The translations under genes were made by a program, and so were the position numbers. The notes beneath the pieces are model-generated. The model did not search any database. It saw nothing but the letters and a program-made list of their open reading frames with translations, and was not told the origin of the DNA. Below are positions 60,834 to 64,000 of a DNA stretch of 64,000 nucleotides, one piece after another (the stretch's first letter is position 1; each line of letters opens with the position of its first letter). Source of the DNA: Alphaproteobacteria bacterium (GTDB lineage Bacteria > Pseudomonadota > Alphaproteobacteria > CBDDJK01); the NCBI GenBank assembly GCA_965229675.1, contig OZ245897.1:1046092-1110091 (forward strand), written 5' to 3'.

Positions 60834-61996
60834 AATGTTTAATCGTTACGGGAATATTTCCGCCTGATATTGGAGGACCTGCGCGTTATGTACCAGAAAT
60901 CGCTACCTTTCTTACTAATAAAGGAGTAAATTGTAATGTTGTTACGCTAAGCGATACGACAATGCGAAATGACTGCGATAAATGGATTTTTCCTATATAT
61001 AAAATTCAACGTAAACAGAATATCCTACTCCGCATGCTAGTTAGTATGGTAAAAATATATCAATTATCTCGGTCAAGTGATGTTGTTTTTTCAAATGGTT
61101 TATATTGGGAATGTGCGATTGCAACCTTTCTTGCAAGAGAACCGTTAATTATCAAAATTGTTGGTGATGAGGTTTGGGAAAGGATGTCCAATCGTGGTTG
61201 GACAGATAGCGAAATGATAAAATTTCAAGAAAAAAAAGGCTTGAGGATTAGTTTTTTAAGGATGATGCGTGATGTTGCTCTTTGGCGTGCTACTAGTATC
61301 ATTGTGCCAAGCCAGTTTACCAAAAAAATGGTGCTTGGATGGGGAGTGAGGCCAGAAAAAATTCACGTCATATATAATGCGGTTGAACAAAAATTGGTAG
61401 GCAGGCTTCCGTTTTCTTTGCATAATAAATTAAATACACATAAACGACATGCTAAAAAATTTGCTGTGATGGCATCGCGCCTTATTCCATTAAAACGCAT
61501 TGATGCCGTGATCCATAATTTAAAATTATTTCCTGATTTAGGGTTAATCATCATCGGGGATGGATCAGAGAAAAAATATTTAGAAGCTTTAGTAAGCCAA
61601 TTAAAATTAAAGCAACGTGTGATTTTCACAGGATCACTTACTTCAGCACAAGTTTTTGCAACATTTAATTTCGCTGATTTTTTCGTCTTAAATTCTTCAA
61701 CAGAAAATTTCCCGCATGTAGTTTTGGAAGCAATGGCTGTAAATCTTCCTATTCTTGCGACAAAAGTGGGGGGAGTTAGTGAAATTATCACTCACGGTAA
61801 AAATGGTTTTTTAATTGATCCCAAGAAACCAAAAGAACTTGAAGAAGGAATGCGGCTTTTTTCAAATCAACCAAAATTCGCAAACGCTTTAGCTGAAGAA
61901 GGCAAAAAAACGGTTATACAATATAATTGGGAAGATATTGGCAAAGCCGTTTTGTCCTTGTTGATGGCCGCTAATTTAAAGGGAGAGTCACCTTAA
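60830..61996 (+). CDS. Glycosyltransferase family 4 (GT-B, retaining)
   Basis: C-terminal GT1 motif EAMAVNLPILATKVGGVSEII. The start ATG overlaps the upstream stop (ATGA). Confidence 0.7.
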   Translation: MKCLIVTGIFPPDIGGPARYVPEIATFLTNKGVNCNVVTLSDTTMRNDCDKWIFPIYKIQRKQNILLRMLVSMVKIYQLSRSSDVVFSNGLYWECAIATFLAREPLIIKIVGDEVWERMSNRGWTDSEMIKFQEKKGLRISFLRMMRDVALWRATSIIVPSQFTKKMVLGWGVRPEKIHVIYNAVEQKLVGRLPFSLHNKLNTHKRHAKKFAVMASRLIPLKRIDAVIHNLKLFPDLGLIIIGDGSEKKYLEALVSQLKLKQRVIFTGSLTSAQVFATFNFADFFVLNSSTENFPHVVLEAMAVNLPILATKVGGVSEIITHGKNGFLIDPKKPKELEEGMRLFSNQPKFANALAEEGKKTVIQYNWEDIGKAVLSLLMAANLKGESP

Positions 61997-62000
61997 TATT

Positions 62001-63185
62001 ATGAATATTGAAAAAATGAATGTTCTTATGATCGGGATTGGAGCACAAATCCTTTCTGCACACGGAGGCGGAGGAGCTCAAGATCGCCATAAAGATTATG
62101 CCAAGAAAGCTGGAAATCTTACCATGGTTGTAAGTTCTTTTCGTACACAAAAGTTAAAACCCCAACGTTTATCTGATGAATTGATGGTTTATCCATCCAA
62201 TTCATTAAACAAGCTGTTATTCTTATGGGACGCATGGCGGCTATGTATTTCGATTTGCAGGCAACAAAAAGTTGATTTGATTGTTACACAAGATCCTTTT
62301 GCAACAGGGCTTGTTGGTTGGTTCGTGAAAAAGCAATTTAAAATTCCATTATTAATCGGAAACCATAGTGCATTTATAGGTAATAAATTTTGGTTACGAG
62401 AAAGACCCGTGCAAAATCGTATTTTCCATTCAATCGCAACATTTTTATTACCACGCGCTGATGGGGTTCGTATTGTTAATCCCAAACAACGGGATATTTA
62501 TCACAAGCTTGGTGTTCCTGACGAAAAAATCTGGTTTCAGCCGACACCCGTGCCAATTGGCCATTTTATGGCCTCAAACCATTATAAAGCTCAAGAAAAT
62601 TTGCGAAAACAGTTGAAAATAAATAATAAACGCATTTTATTATGGGTGGGTGATCCTTCACAAAAATTCAAGGATTTACCAACATTGCTGAAAGTTATTG
62701 AATGTACGCGTTTGATATATCCAGATGTTCTTTTGATATTAGTTGGTGATTTTTCTAAAAGCATATTCATACGGGAAAGAGCAGCTAAACTTGAACAATC
62801 AGGAAATATTGTTTTTGCTGGTGCGGTTGAACATAATCAGCTTCCTGCATATTATTATCTTTGTGAATTATATATTCATACATCAACTTATGAGGGATTA
62901 GCAAAAGTTATGGTAGAAGCCTCAGCCTGCGCGAAACCGATTGTTTCAACCAATTTTGATGGTGTTGATGGCATCGTGGTTGATGGACGGAATGGATTGC
63001 TCTCTCCGATTGGCGATCACAAGCAAATGGCAAAGAACCTTGTTGCATTATTATCCGATCAAGAGCATGCTAAAGAAATGGGTAAAGTGGGACAAGAATT
63101 TGTTAAAGCTAATTTTCAACGCGATGACATGGTTGACTCGGTAGTGAATATCTGGAAGAAGGCACTCGAAGGAGTGAAAAAATAA
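62001..63185 (+). CDS. Glycosyltransferase family 4
   Basis: EASACAKPIVSTNFDGVDGIVVDGRNG matches the GT4 E-x7-E region. Confidence 0.7.
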   Translation: MNIEKMNVLMIGIGAQILSAHGGGGAQDRHKDYAKKAGNLTMVVSSFRTQKLKPQRLSDELMVYPSNSLNKLLFLWDAWRLCISICRQQKVDLIVTQDPFATGLVGWFVKKQFKIPLLIGNHSAFIGNKFWLRERPVQNRIFHSIATFLLPRADGVRIVNPKQRDIYHKLGVPDEKIWFQPTPVPIGHFMASNHYKAQENLRKQLKINNKRILLWVGDPSQKFKDLPTLLKVIECTRLIYPDVLLILVGDFSKSIFIRERAAKLEQSGNIVFAGAVEHNQLPAYYYLCELYIHTSTYEGLAKVMVEASACAKPIVSTNFDGVDGIVVDGRNGLLSPIGDHKQMAKNLVALLSDQEHAKEMGKVGQEFVKANFQRDDMVDSVVNIWKKALEGVKK

Positions 63186-63189
63186 TCGC

Positions 63190-64000
63190 ATGAACTTGAT
63201 TTGGGTTAACCAAAAAACAGATATTGATGATTCAGGATTGGGCGTAACCATTGATTGGATTAACGCCTTTGCTAATAATGTTAATAAAATCTATGTGATT
63301 ACCCATGACGCTGGACGCCTTCCAGATATTCCAAATGTAGAAATTGTTAGTATTGGGAAAGAAAAAGGCTATTCAAAGGTAAGAAAAGCTTGGGAACTTT
63401 ATCGTCATTGCTGGCGCATTATTCAAAACAATAAAATTGACGGATGCTTTGTTCACATGGTACCCATATTTGGGGTGATGTTATCTCCTCTGTTACGCTT
63501 AAAAGGAATTCCAATTTTACAATGGTACACCCATGGGTATACGTCTTGGGCTGCTCGCCTTAGTTATTATCTTGCCAATCAAATTTTAACCGCCTCCCAT
63601 GAAAGCTTATCAATAACAGGTTCTAAAATACTTGCTATTGGTCACGGAATTGATACTGATCATTTTAGTCCGGCTAGCGTAGAAAAAAAGGACGGACAAC
63701 CAGTAAAAAGGATAAGAAAAATTATTACGGTGGGAAGAATTTCTCCAGTGAAAAGGCTAGAAGTTTTAATTTCAGCTGTAAAGGAATTGCGACAACAAGA
63801 GATTGCGTGCGAATTATCTATTATCGGAGAGCCAAGAGGAAGTGAAGGGGAGAGTTTTCTTGCCGCTTTAAAACAGCAAGTGAGGCAAAATAAGTTAGAA
63901 CAATTTGTACATTTTATTGGTACGGTTCCCCGCTATGAATTGCCAAATTGGTACCAAAATGCAGATTTGTTTGTTAATTTATCGAATTTAGGCGGTATGG
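63190..64000 (+). CDS. Glycosyltransferase family 4 (3' end outside the window)
   Basis: The ORF runs to the window edge. Its GT-B N-terminal domain is similar to the two upstream GTs (IGHGIDTDHF...). Confidence 0.6.
   Translation, partial: MNLIWVNQKTDIDDSGLGVTIDWINAFANNVNKIYVITHDAGRLPDIPNVEIVSIGKEKGYSKVRKAWELYRHCWRIIQNNKIDGCFVHMVPIFGVMLSPLLRLKGIPILQWYTHGYTSWAARLSYYLANQILTASHESLSITGSKILAIGHGIDTDHFSPASVEKKDGQPVKRIRKIITVGRISPVKRLEVLISAVKELRQQEIACELSIIGEPRGSEGESFLAALKQQVRQNKLEQFVHFIGTVPRYELPNWYQNADLFVNLSNLGGM

Noticed and set aside
1-64000. Search for CRISPR arrays, IS elements, integrases or prophage modules
   Set aside because: No regularly spaced direct repeats, no transposase/integrase/recombinase-like ORFs and no phage structural genes were recognised. 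The only repeats seen are the paralogous lipoyl-domain segments.

Overview
This 64-kb window is a dense, AT-rich chromosomal segment of what I infer to be an alphaproteobacterium. The inference rests on cvpA-purF, a PdhB carrying an N-terminal lipoyl domain, an RpoD with a long acidic N-terminal region, mrdA-rodA, and trpB-trpA-accD. I recognise about 60 protein genes, mostly core metabolism and housekeeping, and two tRNAs, tRNA-Phe(GAA) on the minus strand and tRNA-Gly(TCC). The protein genes are purF, def, dapE, fumA, trpBA, accD, class II DAHP synthase, two M16 peptidases, rpoD, pgpA, ybeY, phoH, miaB, a phosphohexomutase, ETF-QO, trkA, mrdA/rodA, pdhABC, grpE, topA, pyrB and a dihydroorotase-like gene. 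The 3' end holds a glycan cluster with an O-antigen-ligase-like protein and three GT4 glycosyltransferases. I found no transposase, integrase or CRISPR array. The most unusual locus is a compact cluster at about 23.8-28.6 kb with a TetR regulator and MFS exporter divergent from a carrier protein (ACP-like), MaoC-like hot-dog protein, LCM/TcmP-type methyltransferase, a seryl-tRNA-synthetase-like amino acid:[carrier protein] ligase interrupted by one in-frame TAA, an AurF-like diiron oxygenase and a GNAT acyltransferase. This looks like a small, uncharacterised aminoacyl-carrier-protein tailoring pathway. Other points of interest are a 5-gene operon (45339-46283, 44467-45333, 40921-44457, then permeases 39967-40914 and 39161-39967) containing a MotB-like anchor and an 1178-aa secreted TPR-rich protein fused to orphan DppB/C-type ABC permeases, an orphan Panacea-domain (SocA-like) protein, and an AT-rich surface-polysaccharide cluster at the window end.
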